From contig JBGFRX010000016.1 in assembly GCA_041694885.1 (NCBI GenBank), positions 86-64,085 of the forward strand: a stretch of DNA of 64,000 nucleotides, read 5' to 3'. Both the position numbers and the translations under genes were made by a program. Under the pieces are notes generated by a model, which searched no databases, was not told the origin of the DNA, and saw only the letters and a list, made by a program, of their open reading frames with translations. The DNA is from Candidatus Micrarchaeota archaeon (GTDB lineage: Archaea > Micrarchaeota > Micrarchaeia > Anstonellales > Bilamarchaeaceae). This document shows positions 19,328 to 29,048 of this stretch, piece by piece. How positions within the stretch are numbered: position 1 is the first letter of the stretch; each line of letters begins with the position of its first letter.

Positions 19328-20017
19328 TTGTTTCTGGGTGGGAAGATGAACAGGAAATTCATAGAATATTTAGTGCGAAATAAAGTGCTGAAATTCGGCG
19401 ACTTCGTCACCAAGAGCGGAAGGAAAACACCTTATTTCATCACAACCAGTGCACTGAACAGCGGAAAAACGAGCTATGAGCTCGGCGTATTCTTTGCGCG
19501 GAAAATCGCGAAGGTGTTCAGGAACAATTTCGACACGATTTTCGGGCCTGCATACAAGGGAATACCTCTTGCGGTTTCGGTGAGCATAGGGTTGCACAAA
19601 AAAGAGAAAATGGATAAGACGTGGCTCTTCGACAGGAAGGAGGCGAAAGAACACGGCGACAAGGGCGCTTTCGTGGGCGACGGACCGCGCGACGGCCAGA
19701 GGATAATAATGGTCGACGACGTTTTCACCACCGGAGGCACGAAGGACGAAGCGATAAAGAAGCTGAAGTCAGTTGCGAATGCGACCATAATGGGAGTGGT
19801 TATCGCAGTGGACCGTGAGGAGAAGGGAACTGCTAAAAACGCCATAGAGGAATTCGAGGAAGCGAGCGGCATAAAGGTTCATGCAGTGGAAAAGATCTCG
19901 AGCATTTTCAACTACCTGCACAACCGCGAAATAGACGGCCAGGTGCACGTGAACGACGCCATTTTCACTGCCTGCAAGGAGTACATGAAGCAATACGGTG
20001 CGAAGTATGGAAAATGA
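19328..20017 (+). CDS. pyrE: Orotate phosphoribosyltransferase
   Basis: LKFGDFVTKSGRKTPYF, PRPP-binding IIMVDDVFTTGGT. Confidence 0.85.
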   Translation: MFLGGKMNRKFIEYLVRNKVLKFGDFVTKSGRKTPYFITTSALNSGKTSYELGVFFARKIAKVFRNNFDTIFGPAYKGIPLAVSVSIGLHKKEKMDKTWLFDRKEAKEHGDKGAFVGDGPRDGQRIIMVDDVFTTGGTKDEAIKKLKSVANATIMGVVIAVDREEKGTAKNAIEEFEEASGIKVHAVEKISSIFNYLHNREIDGQVHVNDAIFTACKEYMKQYGAKYGK

Positions 20018-20804
20018 AAAACTTGCTGCGGATGCGAAGGCAGTAAACTCCATCCTCTGCTTCGGAATAGACCCTGTGCTCGAGAAAATAAAGTCGGATA
20101 AAAAAGGGATGCGGGAGAAAATCGAGGACTACTATTTCCGCATAACAGACAGACTGATTGCGGAAAGGCAAATAGTTGCAATAAAGTCCAACTACGCGTT
20201 CTTCGCTCAATACGGGTTCGAAGGGCTGCACGCGCTCAGGTCCATAATCGAAAGGTACAGGGGAAAAGTGGAAATAATTTTGGATGGAAAGCGGGGGGAC
20301 ATAGGCAAGACCTCTGAGGCGTACGCGAAAGAGGCATTCGATTTCTGGGGCGCGGACGCGCTCACCGTCTCGCCATATATGGGTAGCGATTCCGTGAAGC
20401 CGTTTTTGCGCAAAGGGAAGACCATTTACATGCTATGCAAGACATCCAACAAAGGCGCTGCTGATTTCCAGGAGCTCGAGTCAGGGGGGAAGAAATTCTA
20501 CGAATTCGTTGCTGAGAAGGCGGTTGAATGGAAGACGGGACTGGTTGTGGGAGCGACGAGCGACTCGATAAGGAAAATAACCGGCATTACCAAAGGTGAA
20601 ATCCCGTTCCTCATTCCAGGAATAGGTGCGCAGGGTGGGGATCTGGAGATGGTGATGGATGCGGTAAAGAAAAAACCGCACATCCACCGCATCAATTCTT
20701 CATCAGGCCTCGCGTTCGCTTACGAGAAGCACAACCTTTCCTCTGAGGAAAGCGCGCTGAAGGAGGCGAAAGCGCTGAACAGCCAAATTAGAAAATACCT
20801 TTAG
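19998..20804 (+). CDS. pyrF: Orotidine 5'-phosphate decarboxylase
   Basis: ILDGKRGDIGKT motif; 20-nt overlap with pyrE. Confidence 0.8.
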   Translation: MRSMENEKLAADAKAVNSILCFGIDPVLEKIKSDKKGMREKIEDYYFRITDRLIAERQIVAIKSNYAFFAQYGFEGLHALRSIIERYRGKVEIILDGKRGDIGKTSEAYAKEAFDFWGADALTVSPYMGSDSVKPFLRKGKTIYMLCKTSNKGAADFQELESGGKKFYEFVAEKAVEWKTGLVVGATSDSIRKITGITKGEIPFLIPGIGAQGGDLEMVMDAVKKKPHIHRINSSSGLAFAYEKHNLSSEESALKEAKALNSQIRKYL

Positions 20805-20866
20805 CAGATGGGAACTTATTTCAGAGTCAGCAAAAAATCTCAAAGCACTTAAGCGCAGTTCTCATT

Positions 20867-21724
20867 TTACTTTTTTGCCTGCTCGCCTTTTGCAACTGCG
20901 GAAAATCCTGCCCAGGCGAGTCCCCCTATCAAAGCGAGCGCGCCGTAAATCATAAGCAGATGGACAATCACGCCCTTCATCCATTCGTTTACGAAGTTTA
21001 TGGAATCTGAAATGAAGATATCCACAATGGGCCTTTGCTGCTCAGGGAGCTGGGAGAGCATCTGCTCGAGTTGGGGGCTGCCCATTACCATAGAGCTTAG
21101 TAAAGAAGGGAGCGTTAGCCACACGAGCGCAAGGATTATTACTGTTCCAAGTGCGTTCATGAATGTGTGGAAGGCGATGGTGCGCAGCCAGGGCATGATT
21201 GCTCCTTCGCGTAAATAATATATAATTGCAGAAAACGCATAGAAGACGAGGAATAGTATAAGGAAAATTGGGAGATAGGTGGATGTGTAAGGATTCACGT
21301 AGTCCGTTTTCAGGGCTGCGAATACCTCTGCACTCGCCTCATGGACCTTTTGCGATATGAACAGCTGTCTGAGCTCTGCAGCGCTTGCCGCCTTTGCTGC
21401 ATTCGTACAAAGCGAGTCGATATCCTTGTCGCTCAAAGGCAATTCCATTGGAAGGGTTATGTTTGTGTTTGCGCTGCTGCGTATGAAGCAGAGAAAGCGT
21501 ATGTTCTGGATGGAAATGTTGCCCAGCCTCTCTTCGCTGAGCTGGGGAAATGCAAGCCCCACAAGTTCGGCTATCTTGTCCGGATATTCCGCGTTCACCT
21601 TTTTCTCCAGATCCCCTATCTCGTAGGGCGCAAGCGCCATGGAAATGCTTATGAAAAAGGCGAGCGAAGAGAGCGCCAAAAAGCCCCACGCAAAAAATCC
21701 AAGAACGAGCCGCTTCAGGTCCAT
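20867..21724 (-). CDS. Hypothetical membrane protein
   Basis: 285 aa, several TM helices, no motif recognised. Confidence 0.45.
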   Translation of the reverse strand: MDLKRLVLGFFAWGFLALSSLAFFISISMALAPYEIGDLEKKVNAEYPDKIAELVGLAFPQLSEERLGNISIQNIRFLCFIRSSANTNITLPMELPLSDKDIDSLCTNAAKAASAAELRQLFISQKVHEASAEVFAALKTDYVNPYTSTYLPIFLILFLVFYAFSAIIYYLREGAIMPWLRTIAFHTFMNALGTVIILALVWLTLPSLLSSMVMGSPQLEQMLSQLPEQQRPIVDIFISDSINFVNEWMKGVIVHLLMIYGALALIGGLAWAGFSAVAKGEQAKK

Positions 21725-21733
21725 AATACCGCC

Positions 21734-23290
21734 TCAGAGAACAACTTTTCCCTTCGCAACATTCTCTTTTATTTTTTTCCCGAGTTCGGATATCGCCACG
21801 CGCTCCTGCTTTCCATCGTTCCTGTATCTTATTGTCACTGTTCCCTTTTCGAGCGTTTCGTAATCTATTGTAATCGCGTAAGGCGTCCCTATTTCGTCAG
21901 CCTTCGCATACCTCCTTCCTATGCTTCCGCTTTCAGAATAGAAAATAGTGAAATCGTTCCTCAGCTCAGCGGCAATTTCCCCTGCTTTTTCCGCGAGCCC
22001 GTCCTTTTTCATCAACGGAAAAACAGCAACTTCGTAAGGTGCTATTGCAGGCGGGAAATCGAACCATTCCCAGTCCTTTTCCTTGCTCTTTTCCCTGAAA
22101 CAGTGCTCAATCACCGAGAAAAGCATGCGGTCCACTCCCATCGAGACCTCGAACACATGGGGAACTATTTTTTTCTTCTCATCCTCCACGAATACCGCGA
22201 AGTCCTTTTTCGAATTGTTCTGGTGCTGGGAAAGGTCGAAATCGGTCCTGTACGCGTTCCCTATCGTTTCAATTATGCCATAGGACGTATCCACTTCCAT
22301 GTCTATATTGCCTTTGGAGTAATGGGGCGTTTCGCCTTCGAGCAGGTGCCTGAACGCGCACCTTTTCATGTCCAGGCCGCACGCAAAGTAATATTCCCAT
22401 TCCTTTACCAGAAAGAAGGCGAAAATCTCGTCGCAGATCCCTTTTTGCACAAGCTCTCCTGCGCTTATCTCGCTCACGTCCCTGAACGTGCCTTTCTGAC
22501 TGTCCCTCGGAAGATACCTCATTTTGAAGTCCTTCACTTTCCCGAAACCCTTCATCGCATGGTTCGAAGAGTTGAAGAAATATTCCAGCTCCATCTGTGT
22601 GAATTCCCTCATCCTCACAAGCACGTTCTTCGGCGAAATCTCGTTCCTGAACGATCTTCCGACCTGCCCTACTGCAAGAGGGAGCTTGGTTCCGTGGTTT
22701 TTGAACAGGCGCAAAAACGCGGTGAAAATCCCCTGCGCTGTCTCGGGCCTCGAATATCCTGCTGCCTGATCTCCGCCTATTCCTGTTCTGAACATTAAAT
22801 TAAATACGTACGGTTCAGTGGTTTCACCCCCGCAGGAGCACGTTATCCTCTGCCTGTTCTCGCTGTACACCTTCTTTAGCGATTCCATCTTTCCGTCCCA
22901 TTTGAAGCCCTCGATTTTTTCCTCTGCAAGATGGTCAGCCCTTATTTTCTTCCTGCATTTCCTGCATTCCACTATCGGATCAGTAAAATTGTCCACGTGC
23001 CCCGAGGCCTTGAGCACTATCTCGGGAGTGATTATGGAGCTCTCGACCTCGTGGTTCCCCATTTCGTAGATGAATTTTTTTCTCCATAAATTCTCTATTT
23101 TCTTTTTCATCAGAACGCCCACCGGCCCGTAGTCATAAAACCCGGACGTTGCGCCATAGGGCTCGTTCGAGGGGTAGAAGAAAGACCTCTGCAATGCGAT
23201 TTCCATTATCCTTTCCCATAAAGCCGGCATGAAACCCACCTGAATTTTTAGAGCATGGACTCTGCAATTTTTTAACTGGAAATATCTCAT
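21734..23290 (-). CDS. glyS: Glycyl-tRNA synthetase (archaeal/eukaryotic alpha2 type)
   Basis: FYPSNEPYGATSGFYDYGPVG, class II motifs (FRNEISP, GVDRM); start probably at 23230. Confidence 0.9.
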   Translation of the reverse strand: MRYFQLKNCRVHALKIQVGFMPALWERIMEIALQRSFFYPSNEPYGATSGFYDYGPVGVLMKKKIENLWRKKFIYEMGNHEVESSIITPEIVLKASGHVDNFTDPIVECRKCRKKIRADHLAEEKIEGFKWDGKMESLKKVYSENRQRITCSCGGETTEPYVFNLMFRTGIGGDQAAGYSRPETAQGIFTAFLRLFKNHGTKLPLAVGQVGRSFRNEISPKNVLVRMREFTQMELEYFFNSSNHAMKGFGKVKDFKMRYLPRDSQKGTFRDVSEISAGELVQKGICDEIFAFFLVKEWEYYFACGLDMKRCAFRHLLEGETPHYSKGNIDMEVDTSYGIIETIGNAYRTDFDLSQHQNNSKKDFAVFVEDEKKKIVPHVFEVSMGVDRMLFSVIEHCFREKSKEKDWEWFDFPPAIAPYEVAVFPLMKKDGLAEKAGEIAAELRNDFTIFYSESGSIGRRYAKADEIGTPYAITIDYETLEKGTVTIRYRNDGKQERVAISELGKKIKENVAKGKVVL

Positions 23291-23318
23291 TCGGAAGATT
23301 TTAAACCTTGATTTTTTC

Positions 23319-24602
23319 TCAGAAAAACTCGTCCAGCCCCTTCTGCTTTTGGTTGCCGGTAATGTGTTTCGGATTTTGGGTTCCGCGTTTCGGGCCCTGC
23401 ATCTCGTTCTCGCCCAATATCAATTCCCCGAAAACTCCATCGTACCCTGGAACCCAGCGCACCTTTTCCGCATTCACCATCACTATCGCGTCGGCAACTT
23501 CTTTGCTTGCAGCCATGCGCACCTGCTCCTCCTTCGCCTCGTAAACCGCGAACTCGTTCCCGAAATACCTTATGAGCTTGCCGTATTCCTTGTGCACCAG
23601 ATTCGCCATTTCGGTTTTTCCCAGCGCTTTGGAAATCACTGTGCGAAGGGGCACTATATGCTTGAAGGGAACCACATTTTCGGGCATTTCCCCTAATTTG
23701 CGGTCAGCCAAATCCGCAACCCTGTGCATAACTCCAATGGTAAGTTCGCGCTTGCACACCGGGCATCTGTTGTTCAATTTCTTCGCTTCCCACGGATCGA
23801 GCAGCACGTTGCAAAGCCGATGCCCGTCGTAGTGGTATTTCCCTTCCTCTGGAAAGAATTCGTACGTCTTCACAAATCCCTTTCTCGTCTTTATCGCATC
23901 AATGATCGTGCCATACGTTGCTTCCTCCAAATCCAACACGTTTGCCTCCCTTCCCATCTTCTCCGGGCTGTGCGAATCGCTGTTCGAAACGAGGGTGTAT
24001 TTATCCAATCCGCTCAGCATCCAGCACATTGAAGGGTCCGCGGACAAACCCGTTTCCAATGCGTGAATATGCTTCTCCATCCCCCCATATGCCTCTTTCA
24101 AATCATCCACTCCGTTTTTCGAACCTAATAGCGAGAACCACGGAGTCCAGATGTGCGCAGGAATAACGAAATTAAGGGCGGAGATTTCCATAACTTCCTC
24201 AACGAGCTCGGCAGCTGAACATTGCCCAAAAATTGGCCTTCCGTCAGCAGCAAGGTTGCCCTTTTTCTTCAGTTTATCGTTTATCTGCGCAGCTACCTCG
24301 AAATCAGGAGCAAGAATCACATGGTGCATCTTCTTCAGTTCACCGTTTATGTGGAAAAGATTCGCCACTTCCACTGAAAGCAAAAATTTCACTCCGTTGA
24401 ATTCGTACAGTCCGGTGTCGTTGTCCTTATTCTCCAACCCCAGTTTCAATTCCCTGAACCATTCAGGATGGGTGAAGTCCCCGGTTGCGAGAATCTGCAC
24501 GCCCTTTATTTTTGCTCCTTCTGAAAGCCCCTGGAGATCCGAATTCTGGCTCGTTGCTCTCGCGTATTTGGAATGCAAATGTAAGTCGGCTATAACCTGC
24601 AT
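23319..24602 (-). CDS. PHP-domain nuclease of the EndoQ / TIGR00375 family, with zinc finger
   Basis: MQVIADLHLHSKYARATS PHP N-terminus, CPVCKR zinc-finger motif, ~425 aa as archaeal EndoQ. Confidence 0.55.
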   Translation of the reverse strand: MQVIADLHLHSKYARATSQNSDLQGLSEGAKIKGVQILATGDFTHPEWFRELKLGLENKDNDTGLYEFNGVKFLLSVEVANLFHINGELKKMHHVILAPDFEVAAQINDKLKKKGNLAADGRPIFGQCSAAELVEEVMEISALNFVIPAHIWTPWFSLLGSKNGVDDLKEAYGGMEKHIHALETGLSADPSMCWMLSGLDKYTLVSNSDSHSPEKMGREANVLDLEEATYGTIIDAIKTRKGFVKTYEFFPEEGKYHYDGHRLCNVLLDPWEAKKLNNRCPVCKRELTIGVMHRVADLADRKLGEMPENVVPFKHIVPLRTVISKALGKTEMANLVHKEYGKLIRYFGNEFAVYEAKEEQVRMAASKEVADAIVMVNAEKVRWVPGYDGVFGELILGENEMQGPKRGTQNPKHITGNQKQKGLDEFF

Positions 24603-24621
24603 GGCTGGATTTCAGAAAGAG

Positions 24622-24631
24622 ATTTTATAAA
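24622..24631 (-). promoter_or_regulatory. TATA box (TTTTATAAAA) about 25 nt upstream of the EndoQ-like start
   Basis: Palindromic A/T box at expected archaeal promoter distance. Confidence 0.4.
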
Positions 24632-24747
24632 ACGCCTCTTTATCTTATAAGGCGTATTTCAACTCCAGTAGTTCTGTCGACTATTGAATCAGGATCTCTT
24701 CCTGATATTCGGCTTACGTCTGAGTAGTGCAACACGCTCAAAAAAAA

Positions 24748-24999
24748 TCAGATGTTCTCGAGCGGAATGCCGGTATCCAGCGACTCTGAATCAGGGCTGT
24801 CCAGAATCCCGAAATCTGCTGCAGTTATGTTCGAAGTAACTCCTCTGGTTCCAGAAGTCCCGCCTGTTGCAGAGCCGGCATTGCCTCCTGATGAAGCAGT
24901 GCCTTCTGGCGCACTGCCTGGCCTGGCCACGCAGCCGAAGCCGAAAAGCAGCACTGCGAGAAGCGCAACCACTATCATCAATTTACGCATGCTAAGCAC
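24748..24999 (-). CDS. Small secreted/lipobox-like protein, G/S/T-rich
   Basis: Signal peptide MRKLMIVVALLAVLLFGFGC followed by low-complexity region; 8-nt overlap with upstream gene. Confidence 0.4.
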   Translation of the reverse strand: MLSMRKLMIVVALLAVLLFGFGCVARPGSAPEGTASSGGNAGSATGGTSGTRGVTSNITAADFGILDSPDSESLDTGIPLENI

Positions 25000-25912
25000 C
25001 TCTCATCTTTTTGAGAAGGTTCTTCATCTTCTCGTGCGCCTGCTTGAGCGCGCTCTTCACATACTCGAAGTCGCCTGGATTGTATACCCTTCCGATTTTC
25101 ACTTTCGATGAAGCATCGTCCAGCAGGGCGCTTATCTCAGTGACGTCCGACTGGTAGCCCTTGGATATTGCCTCATCGTCCGTCGCGTCCACTATCGCCT
25201 TCATTTTTGCGATCTGAAAACGCGCCCAGATATGAAGGTGCTCTTCCCTCAGCCCTTTCACCGTTTCCTGTATGGTGCTCGCATTCCCTTTAGCTTCCGC
25301 GTCCCTGAGTTCGTCAAGGTTTGCCTCTGCCTCGCCCATTATCTTGTCCATTTCAGAAGTGTCCACGCCTTTGGCCTTTAGTTTTGCAGTGGTGTTCTTC
25401 ATGCCGTTCACGCGCGTCTTGACCTCGTTCACTTGTTTCTTTGCGAAATCGAGCGCAACACTCTTGAGGCATTTGGCCCTATCCTGCCTTACCTGCACGA
25501 AATAGTTCTGCCCATCGCTTGCGCTGGATCTGTTTTTCCCTCCCTTCACTATTTCCTTTCTGACGCCTTTCAGGTAAAGTGTAGCGTCGCGCAGGTCGTT
25601 TCTGAGCTCGCCTTTCACAAAGTCATTGAAGCCCTGCCTGTCTCCTCTGTCCGAATAGCCCTTGAGTGTGCTGAGATCGCCCGCGAGTTTGTCCGCTAGT
25701 CCGCTGCTGCTCGTGTTCGTGTTGTTCTCCCCATATTGCACGAGCGAGATCACCGCATTCACTCTGCATTCTATAAGCCCATATTTCAGGTTGAGCACAT
25801 GCAGCTTGGTCGCGTTCGCAGTTGTTTCGTCCGCAAACACGCTTCCTGCCAGGAGTGCAAGCCCGAACACGGCCAAAATCCACCCCTTCATCCAATCACC
25901 CCAAATCATCAT
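24992..25912 (-). CDS. Secreted alpha-helical protein of unknown function
   Basis: N-terminal signal peptide WILAVFGLALLAGSVFA, 306 aa, K/E/D-rich helical. Confidence 0.45.
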   Translation of the reverse strand: MMIWGDWMKGWILAVFGLALLAGSVFADETTANATKLHVLNLKYGLIECRVNAVISLVQYGENNTNTSSSGLADKLAGDLSTLKGYSDRGDRQGFNDFVKGELRNDLRDATLYLKGVRKEIVKGGKNRSSASDGQNYFVQVRQDRAKCLKSVALDFAKKQVNEVKTRVNGMKNTTAKLKAKGVDTSEMDKIMGEAEANLDELRDAEAKGNASTIQETVKGLREEHLHIWARFQIAKMKAIVDATDDEAISKGYQSDVTEISALLDDASSKVKIGRVYNPGDFEYVKSALKQAHEKMKNLLKKMRGA

Positions 25913-26018
25913 TTTACTTCCGCAAAACGTTGGTTCGCCATATTTAAATCGAAACTTTTTTTCCGCTTTTTCCAGGAATACGAAAGCTTTAAATTCCCTA
26001 AATTCTTAGTCGTAGAAC

Positions 26019-26669
26019 ATGCGATTCGCGCTCGGATTTTTGCTTATCCTTACTTTACTGCACGCAGCCACTATAAGCGGCTCAATCTACTCCTACGACT
26101 CGTTTGAAAAAGTAGGCGGAGCGGTTGTGAAATTCGAGGGAAAGAGCTCGCAGCAGATTATTTCGGAGGACGGCGACTATTCCATCGACTTGGAAAAAGG
26201 GGAATACAATATTACCGCGTTCTTGCTGAAAAACGGCACGCTGAGATACTATACGAAAGAAAAAATTTCAGTTGGGGAAGGGAACCAGACCTTTGATTTG
26301 GTGCTTTTCGAGCCCTCGTTCTTCGAAAGCGATGAGCTGCCCAATTTGGACCTGGAAATCCAGCAGAAAAAGGAGGATTGGATTTTATATATAATTGGAG
26401 CGGCTGCTCTTGCAATTGCCGCCTTTCTTCTTACGAAAAAATGTTTTCCGTTTGTCACTTTGAAAAAGGAAAGCGGGGAAGAGGAAATGAAAGTGCTCCA
26501 CATCATAAAAGAGAATGAAGGGCGAATGGAGCAAAAGCAGTTGCGCGACATCCTGAAATTTTCCGAATCGAAAATGAGCCTACTCCTCACCGAGCTCGAG
26601 GTTGGCGGATACATAAAGCGGTTTAAAAAGGGGAGGGAAAATATAATCAAACTGAAGAAGACCGAATGA
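26019..26669 (+). CDS. Membrane-anchored one-component regulator: signal peptide, extracellular beta-sandwich-like domain, TM helix, cytoplasmic MarR/ArsR-like wHTH
   Basis: Signal peptide, ~125 aa extracytoplasmic region, TM DWILYIIGAAALAIAAFLL, C-terminal wHTH MEQKQLRDILKFSESKMSLLLTELEVGGYIKR. Confidence 0.5.
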   Translation: MRFALGFLLILTLLHAATISGSIYSYDSFEKVGGAVVKFEGKSSQQIISEDGDYSIDLEKGEYNITAFLLKNGTLRYYTKEKISVGEGNQTFDLVLFEPSFFESDELPNLDLEIQQKKEDWILYIIGAAALAIAAFLLTKKCFPFVTLKKESGEEEMKVLHIIKENEGRMEQKQLRDILKFSESKMSLLLTELEVGGYIKRFKKGRENIIKLKKTE

Positions 26670-26685
26670 GCGAACGCGAAGGAAA

Positions 26686-27819
26686 GTGAAAATGCAAAGA
26701 AATGGAGAAAGTGGAAAAGGGGATGTAACCATGGTTACAATTGCAACATTGGGAAGCCATTCTGCTTTGGATGTGTGCGAAGGCGCAAAAGCAGAGGGTT
26801 TCAGGACTTTGGTGGTTGCGCAGGAGGGAAGGGAAAGGACCTATTCCCACCATTACAAAACGCGCAGGCAGGGGAAAAAAGAAACCGGGGTTGTGGATGA
26901 GGTGCTTGTGCTCGAGCGCTTCAGGTACATCCTCACCCCGGAGAACGTAAAAATCATGAAAAAAAAGGGCTGCGTCTTCATCCCGAACAGGAGCTTCTCC
27001 GTCTATGTTGGAAATGATAAGATCGAGAAAAAATTCCCTGTCCCGGTATTCGGGAACCGCTTTCTCCTCAAGGCAGAGGAGCGCGGGGAAAGGAGGAACC
27101 AGTATTTCCTATTGGAAAAGGCAGGAATACGCACTCCGAAGCAGTTGGCGCACCCTAATGCGATACACACGCCCTGCATAGTGAAGGTGTCTGAAGCGCG
27201 CAGGACCTATGAACGCGCATTTTTCATCGCCTCTTCTTTTGAGGAATACACGAAGAAAAGCGATGACCTTATAGGAAGAGGCGTGATTACGCGCGAAGGC
27301 CTCTCCAAAGCGGTAATCGAGGAATTTGTGGTAGGGGCGCAGTTCAATTTCAATTTCTTCTATTCTCCGCTCAGCGAGCGGCTCGAACTTCTTGGAATAG
27401 ATATGAGGAGGCAGACCAACCTGGACGGTTTATTGAGGATGCCTGCTGATGCGCAGGCGGAGGCGCTCAAGCACGTGCGGCCCACTACGATAGAGGTCGG
27501 GCACGTTGCCTGCACTCTTCGGGAGTCGCTGCTCGAAAAAGTATTCGAGGCAGGGGAGAGATTGGTGCAGGTGTGCAGGGAGGAATACAAGCCGGGCATC
27601 ATAGGTCCCTTTGCCTTGCAGTGCGCAATCGCGGAAGAGGAGACTGGCGAGGAGCTCGTATGCTTCGACGTCTCCTTCCGTATACCCGGCTCGCCCGGAA
27701 CGAGGTTCACTCCTTATTCATCTTATTTGTTTGGGAAGAACATTTCGTTCGGAAGACGCATAGCGATGGAGATAAAGGAGGCGGTTAAGAGGAAAATGCT
27801 GGGAGAAGTCACTACATGA
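26686..27819 (+). CDS. purP: 5-formaminoimidazole-4-carboxamide ribonucleotide synthetase (PurP, ATP-grasp)
   Basis: IATLGSHSALDV...GAKAEGF N-terminus, strong similarity to archaeal PurP over whole length. Confidence 0.8.
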   Translation: MKMQRNGESGKGDVTMVTIATLGSHSALDVCEGAKAEGFRTLVVAQEGRERTYSHHYKTRRQGKKETGVVDEVLVLERFRYILTPENVKIMKKKGCVFIPNRSFSVYVGNDKIEKKFPVPVFGNRFLLKAEERGERRNQYFLLEKAGIRTPKQLAHPNAIHTPCIVKVSEARRTYERAFFIASSFEEYTKKSDDLIGRGVITREGLSKAVIEEFVVGAQFNFNFFYSPLSERLELLGIDMRRQTNLDGLLRMPADAQAEALKHVRPTTIEVGHVACTLRESLLEKVFEAGERLVQVCREEYKPGIIGPFALQCAIAEEETGEELVCFDVSFRIPGSPGTRFTPYSSYLFGKNISFGRRIAMEIKEAVKRKMLGEVTT

Positions 27820-28004
27820 ATGCTTGGAGCTGCGAAATGCAAACGTTTTTATTGTTCTTGCTGGAAATTCAGGTTTTGAAGAGAAAATTCCTTTTGTTGA
27901 TGGCATCGTGTTCTCCTATGCAGGTACTGAAAAACCTGTGCTGACTGGAGATAAGCATCTCAGAAGTAAACCGAACGTTGAGTTCGTAAAAGAGCGTTGA
28001 TCGC

Positions 28005-29048
28005 ATGATAGAGAAATCCAAAATAGACGCGATAATTTCGGAATACAGGAAGCCCTCCATAGCCACCATTTGCTCCCATTCCTCATTGCAGATTTTCCAC
28101 GGCGCGAGACAGGAAGGCTTGAAGACTATAGGGATATGCCTGCGCGGAAGGGAAAAAATCTATGAAGTGTTCCCCCTTGCGAAGCCGGACGAATTCGTAT
28201 TCGTGAATTCATATTCTGAAATTCCTGAATCCGAATTGGTTGCGCGGGATGCTATTCTGATTCCGCACGGCTCGTTCGTAGAGTACACCGGGGAAAAAAT
28301 TGACGACTTAGCTGTTCCTGTTTTGGGAAACCGCGCCTCCCTAGTGTGGGAGCGCTCCCGCGAAAAACTCTTTGACTGGATATACAAGGCAGGGCTGAAA
28401 ACCCCAAAGGTGTTCCTTGACCCGAGAACGATAGACCGCCCGGCAATAGTGAAATTCCCCGGAGCAAAAGGGGGGCAGGGATATCTGGTGGTGAATTCTT
28501 ACGAGGAATACAGGCAGAAGGTTGGCGAGAAAAAAGCGATGGTGCAGGAATTCCTGACAGGAATAAGGGCATATCCGCATTATTTCTACTCTCCTCTTAA
28601 CAAGAGGGGCTACCGGGTCTCAAGTGGAACAGTGGAGCTTTTGGGAGTGGACAGAAGAGTGGAGAGCAACGCGGACGAGATAGGAAGGGCGATTTTCGCA
28701 GGAGCGCATGCCAAAATGTCCTTTACTGTGGTTGCAAACGAACCCATGGTTTTGCGCGAATCGCTCCTGCCCGAATACATGGAAACAGGAAAGAAAGTTG
28801 TTGAAGCGGCGGACAAGCTTTTTGGAGGCATTCCCGGTCCGTTTTGCGTGGAGACGATAATCACGGACAATATGGAAATCTACGTATTCGAGATTTCGGC
28901 GCGCATAGTCGCAGGAACTAATATTTTCTCCGACTCATCTCCTTATTCGGTGTTCGTGTATAAAAAGCCGATGAGCATGGGAAGGCGCATTGCGCTGGAA
29001 ATAAGGAACGCTGTAAAAATGAAGAAATTGGATGAAATTGTTTATTGA
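28005..29048 (+). CDS. PurP paralog (FAICAR synthetase family)
   Basis: IATICSHSSLQIFHGARQEGL, FPGAKGGQGY, FEISARIVAGTN; second copy in tandem. Confidence 0.75.
   Translation: MIEKSKIDAIISEYRKPSIATICSHSSLQIFHGARQEGLKTIGICLRGREKIYEVFPLAKPDEFVFVNSYSEIPESELVARDAILIPHGSFVEYTGEKIDDLAVPVLGNRASLVWERSREKLFDWIYKAGLKTPKVFLDPRTIDRPAIVKFPGAKGGQGYLVVNSYEEYRQKVGEKKAMVQEFLTGIRAYPHYFYSPLNKRGYRVSSGTVELLGVDRRVESNADEIGRAIFAGAHAKMSFTVVANEPMVLRESLLPEYMETGKKVVEAADKLFGGIPGPFCVETIITDNMEIYVFEISARIVAGTNIFSDSSPYSVFVYKKPMSMGRRIALEIRNAVKMKKLDEIVY

Noticed and set aside
21341-22798. 485-aa ORF on the plus strand
   Set aside because: Entirely antisense to the well-supported GlyRS gene; sequence is low-complexity with no motifs; shadow ORF
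27836-27943. 35-codon ORF in the purP1-purP2 spacer
   Set aside because: Hydrophobic low-complexity peptide, no SD/TATA support; probably non-coding spacer
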